DNA from: Methanotorris formicicus Mc-S-70
GTDB taxonomy: Archaea > AGJL01 > Methanococci > Methanococcales > Methanococcaceae
Length of the DNA: 13,034 bases
Direction of reading: 5' to 3'
Assembly (NCBI RefSeq): GCF_000243455.1
Contig: NZ_AGJL01000051.1
Location: 1-13,034, forward strand
Of the stretch, positions 1 to 10,193 are shown piece after piece. Within the stretch, counting starts at the first letter, position 1. Each line of letters begins with the position of its first letter. The notes beneath the pieces are model-generated. The model was not told where the DNA came from, ran no database searches, and saw only the letters and a list, made by a program, of their open reading frames with translations. A program made the position numbers and the translations under genes.

Positions 1-2
1 CG

Positions 3-176
3 ATTTTAGATGTTGAGGGAAATTACCTAACGTCTGAAAAGAGCAATATTGGGTTTGTTAGGTTTATAGCAATGGTATCAAACTGTATAGAATATTTAAG
101 CCACAAATATGGATTATCATTCTATGGAGTGATTAAAGAGTGCAGTAAAGAGCTAATAAAGAAAGGATTCTCGTAA
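3..176 (+). CDS. 3' end of an unidentified protein-coding gene (5'-partial at window edge)
   Basis: Frame +3 is open from the window edge to TAA at 174-176. It gives 57 codons: ILDVEGNYLTSEKSNIGFVRFIAMVSNCIEYLSHKYGLSFYGVIKECSKELIKKGFS*. A T7 run follows at 228-234. I recognise no family by eye. Confidence 0.35.
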   Translation: MLDVEGNYLTSEKSNIGFVRFIAMVSNCIEYLSHKYGLSFYGVIKECSKELIKKGFS

Positions 177-239
177 TCACACTGTCAGTTAAAAGTATTT
201 TATATCCTCAATAAAACTCATCTGTTCTTTTTTTATCAA

Positions 240-494
240 GTTTCCATCCTTGTTTTAATGGACTAAGATTTCAAACATTAAAGATAAAAAAGATATATTC
301 ATAAAACAATTGTTTCCATCCTTGTTTTAATGGACTACCGATTCAAACACTAAATATCCATAGCTATTTCCCCAACCTTTTCTTGGGTTTCCATCCTTGT
401 TTTAATGGACTACCGATTCAAACAGTATATAGTAGTTAGGTCGTGGTCTTATACTTCGTTTCCATCCTTGTTTTAATGGACTACCGATTCAAAC
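240..494 (-). CRISPR. CRISPR array A: 4 x 37-nt repeats, 3 spacers (35, 38, 34 nt)
   Basis: Repeats lie at 240-276, 312-348, 387-423 and 458-494. The plus-strand unit is gtttccatccttgttttaatggactaccgattcaaac. The copy at 240-276 has 4 substitutions (ccga to agat) and so looks like the degenerate terminal repeat. On the minus strand the unit reads GTTTGAATCGGTAGTCCATTAAAACAAGGATGGAAAC, ending in the typical ..GAAAC. An AT-rich leader with a TATA element lies on the 495+ side. Transcription is therefore inferred to run right to left. Confidence 0.9.
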
Positions 495-528
495 CCTTAA
501 CTTATTTCTTTTTTATTGTGAAAACTCA

Positions 529-537
529 TATATATAC
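529..537 (-). promoter_or_regulatory. Putative TATA box in the leader of array A
   Basis: The minus strand reads aaagaaaaGTATATATAtgag. The box ends 34 nt upstream of the first minus-strand repeat base (494). This fits archaeal TATA-to-TSS spacing, with transcription starting just before repeat 1. Confidence 0.35.
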
Positions 538-930
538 TTTTCTTTTTCAGCCCCATTTTTCTTACTGCTTAATTATTGAAACCTTTAAAAGAGTAAGAAA
601 GATTGTGCAATTTCTTTTTAAATCAACTGCACAACCACGCTAATAAATCTTGATAATTAGACCTTATTTTATATTATCTAAAACCAATCTAAACTTAAAA
701 TATGCTAAATAAAAACAAACAACAAAAATATCTAAAAAATAACAAATTTCCATTAAAAAAATCAGTAATACTTTTCATGAATTTTCTAGTACTAAAATCC
801 ACAAACCCCTTTATAAAAGCAAGAAAAGTTAATTAAAAAAATTAATATAGATATTAAAAAAATAAGAGTCACTGTTAAGCGAAAAACAGTGCATTCCTTT
901 GAATGAAACCTTTTTAAAGATTTTAAATAA

Positions 931-1806
<876 letters not shown>

Positions 1807-2091
1807 TTATTATTTCATCAGTTTTAAATTTTAAATAAGACATAATTTATTTTTCAATATTTAACGCAAACAACTATATTTGCTAAATACTATTACAATG
1901 GTATATAAACTTAAATGAAATTTTTAAAGTTTAGTAGGGTTTCATCAGTTTTATTAAAATATTGATTTTTTACTTTTTTGGTATTCTTTTTGTTTTTGAC
2001 GGAGTCAATTAATATAACAAAAAATATTGAATAATCTATTAAATAAAACTATAAAATTATAAGAAGTGTAAAAAAATTTTTAGGTGTTGTG

Positions 2092-2616
2092 ATGAAGGAG
2101 TTAGGTTTGAGAGAATTTTTAAAGGATTGTGAAAAATTGGTTATAATAGGAATAGGGAATGAAATGAAGGGTGATGATGGAGTTGGAATATATATTGTTA
2201 AAGAAATTGCCAAACGCTTTGGAAAGTATGGCAATGATGAGGTTATAAAAATCAATGAATATATCATCCTTTTAAACTGCGGAACTGTTCCAGAAAACTT
2301 TACAGATGTTTTAAAGAGAGAAAATCCCTCTCATATTATAATGATTGATGCTGCATTGATGAATGAAAAAATTGGGGAAATAAAGGTAATAAATCCAGAA
2401 GATATTGTAAATGTTGGATTTTCTACACATGCATTGCCATTATCGATTATTATTAAATACATTAAGAAATCTATAAATACCAAAATAATAGTAATAGGTA
2501 TAGAACCAAAAATTATAGATTTTGACAAACCACTGTCTAATGAAATTAAGCATCGTGCAGACAATTTTATTGAATATTTGGTTAAAATAATCAACACTAT
2601 TTTTGTTAGATGTTAA
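2092..2616 (+). CDS. Hydrogenase maturation endopeptidase (peptidase A31; HycI/HyaD/FrhD family)
   Basis: Signature VIIGIGNEMKGDDGVGIYIV is present, with downstream metal-ligand positions (MIDAA and GFSTHALP). An AGGTG RBS at 2082-2086 sits 5 nt before the ATG at 2092. The ORF track begins at the GTG at 2089. I cannot assign it to a specific hydrogenase. Confidence 0.85.
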   Translation: MKELGLREFLKDCEKLVIIGIGNEMKGDDGVGIYIVKEIAKRFGKYGNDEVIKINEYIILLNCGTVPENFTDVLKRENPSHIIMIDAALMNEKIGEIKVINPEDIVNVGFSTHALPLSIIIKYIKKSINTKIIVIGIEPKIIDFDKPLSNEIKHRADNFIEYLVKIINTIFVRC

Positions 2617-2704
2617 ATCTTTAAAAAATTTACGCTTATTGATATGAGGAGAGGACAAGTAATAAAAAGTAAGGATTTTGCTCAATTTACTTAAGGTGGA
2701 ACAT

Positions 2705-4630
2705 ATGGAAGTATTTTCAGTTAAGTTTAAGACTACAGAGGAATTGCCCGAACCTTCACCAAGATTGATAGATCAAGTTATTGGTCAAGATGAGGCAGTT
2801 AAGGTAGTGTTAAGTGCAGTTAAAAATAAAAGGCATGTCCTCCTTTTAGGGGACCCTGGAGTAGGAAAGTCAATGATAGTTAAGGCAGTTGGGGAAATAT
2901 TGGAGGAGTTTGACAACTTTACACCATACACAATAATAGCAAAACCAAATTTAAAAAATCCGGAGAAGCCAATAGTAGAACTTATAGATGGGGAATACAA
3001 AGAAGATACCAAAGATGAAAAAATAAGCATCCCAACACAACCACCAAGTTTATTGACCCTATTTTTAATAATGATAGCATTTACCGTAATCTCATCATGG
3101 TTGTTGAGGGGATTGCCGGAAAGTAAAATGCTCGCTACCATAGCAATTGTGGCAATTGTGGGCTCTTTAATAGCATTTGTATCCATTTTCTTAGGGGTTC
3201 TTGGGGCAACAAAATCATCAATGCCAAATGCTGTAAATCCTGTTGATTTAAAACCAGTTATTTTATATGAATGCAAAAAAAGACCACTCGTAAGAGCAAG
3301 CGCTTATAACGTAACAAAATTACTTGGAGATGTTAAACACTGTCCTTTAGGTGGAAGACCACCACTTGGAACTCCTCCACACAAAAGAATAATCCTTGGG
3401 GCGATCCATGAGGCACATAAGGGAATTTTGTATGTTGATGAGATAAAAACCATGCCATTGGAAGTGCAGGATTATATCTTAACAGCCCTCCAAGATAAGC
3501 AACTTCAAATTAGTGGTAGAAACCCAAATTCAAGTGGAGCAACAGTTGAAACAAACCCAATACCGTGTGATTTTATCCTAATAATGTCTGGAAACATGGA
3601 TGATGTCCATAACTTAAGAGCCCCATTATTGGATAGGATTGACTACAAGATTGTCTTAAAAAACAAAATGGATAACACCTTAGAAAACAGGGATAAGTTG
3701 TTGCAATTCATTATCCAAGAGATAAGGAACAACAACCTAAATCCAATGACCTATGAAGCATGCTGCGAAATCGTTAAACTTGCCCAATTGTTGGCTGGTT
3801 CAAGGGATAAATTAACATTGAGGCTGAGAAAGTTATCAAATATCATAAAGATGGCAAATGATATTGCTATTGGTAGGGATATAGAGGAGATTAAAAATAA
3901 TGTGGAAGGGGAGGAATATAAGAACATTGAAAATAATGGAAAAAAGGTTTATATTACAGCGGAACATGTTAGAAAGATTATAGAAAGTGGAATTTACAGT
4001 ATGTCAAAGCAAGTGGCATTAGAATATCTAAGAAACTTTAAGAGATACAAGCACATCGTTCCAAATGATGAGCCAAAGGTTGGAATTATCTATGGTCTTG
4101 CTGTTCTTGGGGAAGATGGATTGGGGGATGTAACAAAAATCATCACCCAAATAATAGATTCAAAGAGCCCTGCAACCCATCTCCTCAACATATCTGGGGA
4201 TTTGGCAAAGCATTCTATAACCCTTGCATCTGCATTATCAAAGAAACTTGTTGCAGAAGGAAAATTGCCACTACCTAAGAAGGATATTGACCTAACATCA
4301 AAAGAGATATATATCCAATTCAGCCAATCATACTCAAAAATTGATGGAGATAGTGCAACAGCAGCAGCCTGCCTAAGCATCATCTCAGCATTATTGGAGA
4401 TTCCATTGAAGCAGGACTTTGCTATAACGGGAAGTTTGGATTTGAGTGGAAACATTCTTGCAGTTGGTGGGATTAATGAGAAGGTAAATGCTGCAAAGGA
4501 ATATGGATTTAAGAGAGTCATTATCCCCGAGGCAAACATGATTGATGTTATTGATACAGGAGGGATAGAGATAATTCCTGTTAGAACTCTCGATGAGTTG
4601 ATACCTCTTGTATTTGATTTAAAAAAGTAA
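2705..4630 (+). CDS. lon: Archaeal membrane-bound ATP-dependent Lon protease (LonB)
   Basis: Walker A is GDPGVGKS and Walker B is ILYVDEI. Two TM helices are inserted in the AAA+ module (LLTLFLIMIAFTVISSWLL and LATIAIVAIVGSLIAFVSIFLGVLG). The protease domain carries KIDGDSATAA (catalytic Ser) and GGINEKVNAAKE (Lys). I prefer the ATG at 2705, which is preceded by AGGTGG at 2694-2699, over the TTG at 2678 used by the ORF track. Confidence 0.95.
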   Translation: MEVFSVKFKTTEELPEPSPRLIDQVIGQDEAVKVVLSAVKNKRHVLLLGDPGVGKSMIVKAVGEILEEFDNFTPYTIIAKPNLKNPEKPIVELIDGEYKEDTKDEKISIPTQPPSLLTLFLIMIAFTVISSWLLRGLPESKMLATIAIVAIVGSLIAFVSIFLGVLGATKSSMPNAVNPVDLKPVILYECKKRPLVRASAYNVTKLLGDVKHCPLGGRPPLGTPPHKRIILGAIHEAHKGILYVDEIKTMPLEVQDYILTALQDKQLQISGRNPNSSGATVETNPIPCDFILIMSGNMDDVHNLRAPLLDRIDYKIVLKNKMDNTLENRDKLLQFIIQEIRNNNLNPMTYEACCEIVKLAQLLAGSRDKLTLRLRKLSNIIKMANDIAIGRDIEEIKNNVEGEEYKNIENNGKKVYITAEHVRKIIESGIYSMSKQVALEYLRNFKRYKHIVPNDEPKVGIIYGLAVLGEDGLGDVTKIITQIIDSKSPATHLLNISGDLAKHSITLASALSKKLVAEGKLPLPKKDIDLTSKEIYIQFSQSYSKIDGDSATAAACLSIISALLEIPLKQDFAITGSLDLSGNILAVGGINEKVNAAKEYGFKRVIIPEANMIDVIDTGGIEIIPVRTLDELIPLVFDLKK

Positions 4631-4658
4631 TTTTTTATTATTTTTAAAAGTGGTTGTT

Positions 4659-4940
4659 ATGGATGATGTTGAGGAGAGGTTAAATACATTAGGTAAAAAA
4701 ATTTTAGAGATGGAGAAAAGGGTTGATGCAAAAATAAAAGAAAATGAAAAGAAAATAGACAAAAAAATATATGAGTTTTCCAAACAGAATTCCATGTTTT
4801 TACTTGCCATGTATGTAAAGATGCTCAATGAAATTGCAAAAGAATTAAAAAGGATAAGGTATTTTTTATTGTTATTAAATTTGGTGTTCTATTTGGCAAT
4901 ACTTGGGATTTTTGTGTATTTTGTCTTAAATCTTAGGTGA
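4659..4940 (+). CDS. Small hypothetical protein: N-terminal charged coiled-coil, C-terminal TM anchor
   Basis: The ORF is open from the GTG at 4650, and the first ATG is at 4659. The sequence [36 protein letters not shown]... ends in the hydrophobic [22 protein letters not shown]. It is tightly packed between lon (stop 4630) and the aldolase (start 4945), on the same strand. Confidence 0.5.
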   Translation: MDDVEERLNTLGKKILEMEKRVDAKIKENEKKIDKKIYEFSKQNSMFLLAMYVKMLNEIAKELKRIRYFLLLLNLVFYLAILGIFVYFVLNLR

Positions 4941-4944
4941 TAGG

Positions 4945-5487
4945 ATGGATTTTAAGTTGTTCGTTGATATATGCCACAAATTGTATGAAAGAAAGTATGT
5001 GGTTGGTAGTGGAGGGAATGTCTCAGTTAGGGAAGGAGATTTAATATATGCAACCCCAACTGGTTCCATTTTGGGATTTTTAAAAGAGGAAGATATAAGC
5101 GTTGTTAATATAGATGGGGAAGTAATAAAGGGGAAACCAACATCTGAGATAAATATGCATCTCAATCTATATAGAAAGAGGGATGATATAAATGCAATAA
5201 TACATGCCCATTCGTTGTATTCAACTGCATTTTCAATTGCAAATAAAAAAATAGAACTTCTAACTCCAGAGGCTAAGATATTTTTAAAAGAGATTGGATA
5301 TGTGGATTACTTTGAGGCAGGAAGTTTGGAACTTGCTGAGGAGGTTGCAAAAAGGGATGAAGATGTTATTATTTTAAAAAATCATGGTGTTGTTTGCTTG
5401 GGAAGTAGTTTAATAGATGCATATATAAAAATAGAGGTTCTTGAAGAAATTGCAAAATTAAATCTAATAGTAAATACATTAAAATAA
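4945..5487 (+). CDS. fucA: Class II aldolase/adducin family protein, L-fuculose-1-phosphate aldolase-like
   Basis: 180 aa. Motifs include [25 protein letters not shown], the Zn-ligand histidines AIIHAHS and [11 protein letters not shown]. An AGGTGA RBS precedes the ATG. From memory, it is adjacent to lon as in M. jannaschii MJ1417/MJ1418. Confidence 0.85.
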   Translation: MDFKLFVDICHKLYERKYVVGSGGNVSVREGDLIYATPTGSILGFLKEEDISVVNIDGEVIKGKPTSEINMHLNLYRKRDDINAIIHAHSLYSTAFSIANKKIELLTPEAKIFLKEIGYVDYFEAGSLELAEEVAKRDEDVIILKNHGVVCLGSSLIDAYIKIEVLEEIAKLNLIVNTLK

Positions 5488-5489
5488 AT

Positions 5490-5768
5490 TTACTCATTTT
5501 TAACAGTTTCTAACTCACTTACAATACTCCAAATTTGAGTCCTTGTGTGTAAAGGCATGTTTGGGTCGTCACTTATATCATCTAAAATTTGGATTGCAGT
5601 TGCACTTTTAACAATTGGTTCCTCCCCTTCTTTTAAAATAGTTTCTTTTGCTTTTTCAGCAGCACCCCTTATGTTTCTTGGGACTGTTGTATCATTAATA
5701 ATTTCATCCAACATCATAGCAATCTGTTGTAATTTCTCCTCAGGAGTTAATTTCTTTGGTGCAAACAT
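5490..5768 (-). CDS. UPF0147 family small conserved archaeal protein
   Basis: Conserved blocks DTTVPRNIRGAAEKAKE and DDPNMPLHTRTQIW are present. I prefer the ATG at 5768 with GAGGTGG 5 nt upstream. The ORF-track GTG at 5777 would overlap that RBS. The gene is convergent with fucA, and the two stop codons are 2 bp apart. Confidence 0.8.
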   Translation of the reverse strand: MFAPKKLTPEEKLQQIAMMLDEIINDTTVPRNIRGAAEKAKETILKEGEEPIVKSATAIQILDDISDDPNMPLHTRTQIWSIVSELETVKNE

Positions 5769-6121
5769 CACTACCACCTCTCAACGTGTTTATGAAAAAA
5801 TCTATATGCACCATACAGAAAATTTTGATACCTAAAAATCCACATCAAAATTTACACAACAACAAAATCAAAAAATCAAAACCAAAAATATTTGAAATTT
5901 TAGTTTTATATTAACCTCTACAATTTATATTATGTTAAGTTATATTTAAGTTTGTTGGTTGATTAAGTTGTTCTGCAAATATTTATGAGTAATTTCTTAA
6001 ATTTGAATTAGAAGTGTTTAATAAGATATTAATCGTTTAATTGTAGAACGACATAGTCACCCGTAATTATTTTTTAATTGAATAACACTTAAATTAGATG
6101 TTTATTGTAGATGGTGGAAAA

Positions 6122-6277
6122 ATGGAAGATTTTATTGGCAGTTTAATCATCCTTACTGTTCTTTGGTATTTAATTCCCTTAAATGTTAAAATTGAGATTG
6201 ATGATAAGATTTATCATTTTCAAAAGAATTCAGGGGATTTGGGATTTAAACTTAAAACTAAGAAGATTGAGGATTGA
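6122..6277 (+). CDS. Candidate 51-aa small membrane protein
   Basis: ATG at 6122 is preceded by GGTGG at 6113-6117. The product is MEDFIGSLIILTVLWYLIPLNVKIEIDDKIYHFQKNSGDLGFKLKTKKIED*, with one predicted TM helix and a charged tail. It is below the ORF-track cutoff and I recognise no homology. Confidence 0.3.
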   Translation: MEDFIGSLIILTVLWYLIPLNVKIEIDDKIYHFQKNSGDLGFKLKTKKIED

Positions 6278-6414
6278 TTGTAATTTGTAGTGAATAAGTC
6301 TTATCTACAATAAATTCATACAATTAAATTAATAAATTAATTAATAACAAAAACACACAAATATGTAGTGGGTTATATTCATTACACAATCATCATTATA
6401 ATCATGGGGATATT

Positions 6415-9400
6415 ATGGTTCACGTTGCATGTTCTGAAAAAATGAGAAAATACTTTGACAATATTATAAATGAAGTTAAAAAAATTTATAAAATAGCGGA
6501 AGAATGTAGGAAGATGGGCTTAGACCCGGTAGATAAGGTTGAAATTCCATTAGCGAGTGATATGGCAGATAGGGTTGAGGGACTGGTTGGCCCAAAAGGT
6601 GTGGCAGAGAGAATTAGGGAATTGGTTAAAGAAATGGGTAAAGAGCCAGCGGCATTGGAAATTGCAAAGGAAATTGTGCAGGGGAAGTTTGGAAAATTTG
6701 ATAGAGAGAAATTGGCAGAGCAGGCAGTGAGAACAGCGTTGGCAGTTTTAACAGAGGGTATTGTTGCTGCTCCGTTGGAAGGAATTGCACAAGTTAAGAT
6801 AAAAAAGAACTCCGATGGAAGTGAATACCTCGCTCTTTATTTTGCAGGACCTATTAGAAGTGCAGGGGGAACTGCACAGGCATTGGCTGTTTTGGTTGGG
6901 GATTATGTTAGGAAGGCAATGGGATTAGACAGATACAAACCAACAGAAGATGAGATAGAGAGGTATTTGGAAGAGGTTGATTTATATCAATCAGAGGTTG
7001 GTAGTTTCCAGTATTCTCCAACCGCAGATGAGATAAGGACTGCAATAAAAAATATTTCAGTTGAGATTACTGGGGAAGCGACGGATGATGTTGAAGTTTC
7101 AGGACATAGGGATTTGCCAAGAGTAGAAACAAACCAATTAAGAGGAGGGGCGTTGTTAGTTTTAGTTGAGGGGGTTTTGTTAAAGGCACCAAAGATATTA
7201 AGGCACGTAGATAAGTTGGGTATTGAGGGATGGGAATGGTTGAAGGACTTAAAAGGAAAAAAAGAAGAGAAAAAAGAAGAGGAAGAAGAGGATGAGTTAA
7301 AAAGTGATGAAAATATTGAAGATGAAGAAGATAAGAAATATGATGACGTTGAAATTGAGGCAAACAAAAAGTTTATAAGCGAGGTTATTGCGGGAAGACC
7401 TGTTTTTGCCCACCCTTCAAAGGTTGGAGGATTTAGATTGAGGTATGGAAGGAGTAGGAATACTGGATTTGCAACAGATGGCTTTCATCCAGCATTGATG
7501 TATTTGGTTGATGAATTCATGGCTGTTGGAACTCAACTAAAGACTGAAAGACCTGGAAAGGCAACATGTGTGGTCCCAGTTGATAGCATAGAACCTCCTA
7601 TAGTGAAACTTAAAGATGGGAGCGTTATTAGGGTAGATTCAATAGAAAAAGCAAAAGATATTAGAGGGGCAGTTGAGGAAATCTTATTCTTAGGGGATAT
7701 TTTAGTTAATTATGGGGACTTTTTAGAGAACAACCATCCATTAATACCAAGTTGTTGGTGTGAGGAGTGGTATGAGAAGATTTTGATAGCAAATAATGTC
7801 CCATATAAGAAGGAATTCATAAAAAATCCAAATCCAATAGAGGCGGTGAAATTTGCCATAGAGACAAAAACTCCTCTCCACCCAAGATATACATACCATT
7901 GGCATGATGTTTCAAAGGAAGATATATTTTTACTTAGAAATTACCTTTTAGAAGGAAAAGAAGAAGAGATTGATGGAAAAAAGGTTTGGGTTGTGGATTT
8001 AGTTAGTGAGGAGCATAAAAAGGCAAAGAGGATTTTGGAGTTAATTGGTTGTTGCCATTTAGTTAGAAATAAGAAGGTTATTATTGGGGAGTATTACCCG
8101 TTGCTATATTCCTTAGGTTATGATGTGGAAAATAAAAAAGATTTGGTTGAAAGTGTTGAGGAATTATTAAATAAGGCAAAAAATAGCATGCATTTCATTA
8201 ATTTACTGTCTCCATTTGAGATTAGGAGAAACACCTATATCTATGTTGGGGCGAGGATGGGAAGACCAGAGAAGGCAGCAGCAAGAAAGATGAAGCCCCC
8301 AGTCAATGGTCTCTTTCCAATAGGTAATGCGGGGGGACAGGTGAGGTTAATAAATAAGGCAGTTGAAGAGGGGAATACTGATGATATTGATGTCTCTTAT
8401 GCAATATGTCCAAAATGCAGGAAAATAAGTTTATACAAAACATGCCCATTCTGTGGGACAAGAGTGGAATTTAAAGGTCCAGAAAGAATAAAAGCCCCAA
8501 TAAAAGATTATTGGTATAAGGCATTGGAGAGATTAAAAATAAACAAGCCTGGAGATGTTAAGTGTATTAAAGGGATGACTTCAAAGGAGAAAATTGTAGA
8601 ACCATTGGAAAAAGCAATTCTAAGGGCAATGAATAATGTATATGTGTTTAAAGATGGGACTACAAGATTTGACTGCACGGATGTTCCAATAACCCATTTC
8701 AAACCAAATGAGGTAAACGTAAGTGTTGAGAAGTTAAAGGAGTTGGGATATGATAAAGACATCCATGGAAATCCTTTGGTTGATGGAGAGCAAGTTGTTG
8801 AATTAAAACCTCAAGATGTAATTTTGCCTGAGAAGTGTGCAGAGTATTTTATAAATGTTGCAAACTTTGTTGATGATTTGTTGGAGAAGTTCTATAAAAA
8901 AGAGAGATTCTATAATGTGAAGAAGAAGGAGGATTTAATTGGACATTTGGTTATAGGAATGGCTCCACACACCTCTGCAGGAATGGTTGGTAGGATTATT
9001 GGTTATTGTAAGGCAAATGTTGGTTATGCTCATCCCTATTTCCACGCATCAAAGAGAAGAAACTGTGACGGCGACGAAGATGCTTTATTCTTGCTTTTAG
9101 ACGCATTTTTGAACTTCTCCAAGAAATTCCTCCCAGATAAAAGAGGGGGGCAGATGGATGCTCCACTTGTATTGACAACCATATTAGACCCAAAGGAGGT
9201 TGATGGGGAAGTTCACAACATGGATACTATGTGGGAATATCCATTGGAGTTTTATGAAAAAACCCTTGAAATGCCATCCCCAAAAGAAGTCAAGGAGTTT
9301 ATGGAAACTGTTGAGGATAGATTAGGAAAGCCAGAGCAATATGAGGGAATTGGCTATACTCACGAAACAGATAGAATAGATAATGGCCCATTAGTTTGTG

Positions 9401-9816
9401 CATATAAAACATTGGGTTCAATGCTTGAGAAAACAGAGGCACAGTTAAGTGTTGCTAAAAGGATTAGGGCAACAGATGAGAGAGATGTTGCTGAGAAGGT
9501 TATCCAATCCCACTTCATTCCTGATTTAATTGGAAATTTAAGGGCATTTTCAAGGCAAGGGGTTAGGTGCAAGTGTGGGGCAAAGTATAGGAGAGTTCCA
9601 TTGAAGGGCGTTTGTACGAAGTGTGGAAGCAACTTGATATTAACCGTTTCAAAAGGTGCAGTGGAGAAGTATATGGAAGTTTCTCAAAAAATGGCAGAGA
9701 AGTATAATGCAAACGACTACATAAAACAAAGATTGACATTGATTAAAGAAGGTATTGATTCATTATTTGAAAATGATAAGAAAAAGCAGGTTAAGATAAG
9801 TGATTTCTTTAAATAA
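6415..9816 (+). CDS. polC: DNA polymerase II (PolD) large subunit DP2, intein-free
   Basis: 1133 aa. The catalytic acidic motif is [20 protein letters not shown]. Zn fingers are [17 protein letters not shown] and [20 protein letters not shown]. The N-terminal domain is conserved ([38 protein letters not shown]). The length matches uninterrupted DP2. Confidence 0.97.
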   Translation: MVHVACSEKMRKYFDNIINEVKKIYKIAEECRKMGLDPVDKVEIPLASDMADRVEGLVGPKGVAERIRELVKEMGKEPAALEIAKEIVQGKFGKFDREKLAEQAVRTALAVLTEGIVAAPLEGIAQVKIKKNSDGSEYLALYFAGPIRSAGGTAQALAVLVGDYVRKAMGLDRYKPTEDEIERYLEEVDLYQSEVGSFQYSPTADEIRTAIKNISVEITGEATDDVEVSGHRDLPRVETNQLRGGALLVLVEGVLLKAPKILRHVDKLGIEGWEWLKDLKGKKEEKKEEEEEDELKSDENIEDEEDKKYDDVEIEANKKFISEVIAGRPVFAHPSKVGGFRLRYGRSRNTGFATDGFHPALMYLVDEFMAVGTQLKTERPGKATCVVPVDSIEPPIVKLKDGSVIRVDSIEKAKDIRGAVEEILFLGDILVNYGDFLENNHPLIPSCWCEEWYEKILIANNVPYKKEFIKNPNPIEAVKFAIETKTPLHPRYTYHWHDVSKEDIFLLRNYLLEGKEEEIDGKKVWVVDLVSEEHKKAKRILELIGCCHLVRNKKVIIGEYYPLLYSLGYDVENKKDLVESVEELLNKAKNSMHFINLLSPFEIRRNTYIYVGARMGRPEKAAARKMKPPVNGLFPIGNAGGQVRLINKAVEEGNTDDIDVSYAICPKCRKISLYKTCPFCGTRVEFKGPERIKAPIKDYWYKALERLKINKPGDVKCIKGMTSKEKIVEPLEKAILRAMNNVYVFKDGTTRFDCTDVPITHFKPNEVNVSVEKLKELGYDKDIHGNPLVDGEQVVELKPQDVILPEKCAEYFINVANFVDDLLEKFYKKERFYNVKKKEDLIGHLVIGMAPHTSAGMVGRIIGYCKANVGYAHPYFHASKRRNCDGDEDALFLLLDAFLNFSKKFLPDKRGGQMDAPLVLTTILDPKEVDGEVHNMDTMWEYPLEFYEKTLEMPSPKEVKEFMETVEDRLGKPEQYEGIGYTHETDRIDNGPLVCAYKTLGSMLEKTEAQLSVAKRIRATDERDVAEKVIQSHFIPDLIGNLRAFSRQGVRCKCGAKYRRVPLKGVCTKCGSNLILTVSKGAVEKYMEVSQKMAEKYNANDYIKQRLTLIKEGIDSLFENDKKKQVKISDFFK

Positions 9817-9844
9817 TTTAACTTTATACATCTCTTGCTAAAAG

Positions 9845-9872
9845 TTTTTATTTTTTTATTTAATTTATTTTT
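9845..9872 (+). terminator. Oligo-T tracts downstream of polC (archaeal intrinsic termination signal)
   Basis: The sequence gtttttatttttttatttaatttattttt begins about 30 nt after the polC stop and contains runs of T5, T7 and T5. Confidence 0.4.
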
Positions 9873-10193
9873 AAAGGGTTATTTTTTGATTTTGTAGATT
9901 TTTATCGAATTTCGAAGGTCAGTCTATTTTAAAGAATTTGAGTATTTAGTTTTATGAATTTATTGAGATTTTTGGATTTAGGGAATTGGTAATAATTATT
10001 TTAGATTTTCCCCAATAGGTAAAAAATATTTTAAAATTTAAAAAGATTTTAGATGTTTAATTCGAATTTAAACGATTTTTAGAGAAGTGCGGAGGTATAT
10101 AAATGAACGCTGTTAATACCCCTTCGAAGATCAAGGTCTCGAAAAGGAGTAAGTAGAAAAGTTTATATAGGAAAAAGAGCAAAATTTTATCCT
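9873..10193 (+). promoter_or_regulatory. Leader of CRISPR array B, including a consensus TATA box at 10162-10169
   Basis: This is an AT-rich non-coding stretch upstream of repeat 1. The element agaaaagTTTATATAgg matches the methanogen TATA consensus, and its 3' end lies 24 nt before the first repeat base (10194). A relatively GC-rich module at 10086-10150 contains a second TATA-like element (GGTATATAAA, 10094-10103). Confidence 0.7.

Noticed and set aside
443-643. 66-aa plus-strand ORF
   Set aside because: It starts inside spacer 3 and reads through repeat 4 of CRISPR array A into its AT-rich leader. This is an artefact of repeat and leader sequence.
868-890. Hairpin cactgtt-aagcgaa-aacagtg downstream of prs, as a possible terminator
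   Set aside because: The stem is only 7 bp. Archaeal termination relies mainly on oligo-T tracts rather than hairpins. I cannot separate this from chance.
2049-2685. Minus-strand ORFs 2049-2267, 2331-2597 and 2440-2685
   Set aside because: They are antisense shadows of the hydrogenase maturation protease gene. Their composition is low-complexity and rich in Ile, Phe and Ser, and no RBS is present.
2678-2704. TTG start for lon given by the ORF track
   Set aside because: A strong AGGTGG lies at 2694-2699, inside this extension and 5 nt before the ATG at 2705. The extension MLNLLKVEH is probably not translated.
2785-4828. Minus-strand ORFs 2785-3276, 4090-4539 and 4619-4828
   Set aside because: They are antisense to lon and to the small coiled-coil gene. 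The sense-strand genes have unambiguous conserved motifs.
4926-5835. ORFs 4926-5165 (-) and 5545-5835 (+)
   Set aside because: They are antisense to the fucA-like gene and the UPF0147 gene respectively, both of which carry strong family signatures.
6101-6314. 12-bp perfect inverted repeat (tttattgtagat at 6101-6112, atctacaataaa at 6303-6314) bracketing the mini-ORF, as a possible MITE or hairpin
   Set aside because: At this AT content roughly one such 12-mer inverted pair within 300 bp is expected by chance in a 13-kb window. There are no target-site duplications and no further similarity.
6987-9632. Five minus-strand ORFs inside polC (6987-7367, 7067-7363, 8508-8762, 8996-9193, 9360-9632)
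   Set aside because: These are shadow ORFs. The two around 7000-7370 are produced by the purine-rich, Glu/Lys-coding repeat of DP2, which gives poly-Ser/Phe/Leu antisense translations.
6415-9816. Possible intein in DP2
   Set aside because: The length (1133 aa) and the uninterrupted conserved blocks fit an intein-free protein. I saw no Cys/Ser-start, His-Asn-end block or homing-endonuclease motifs.
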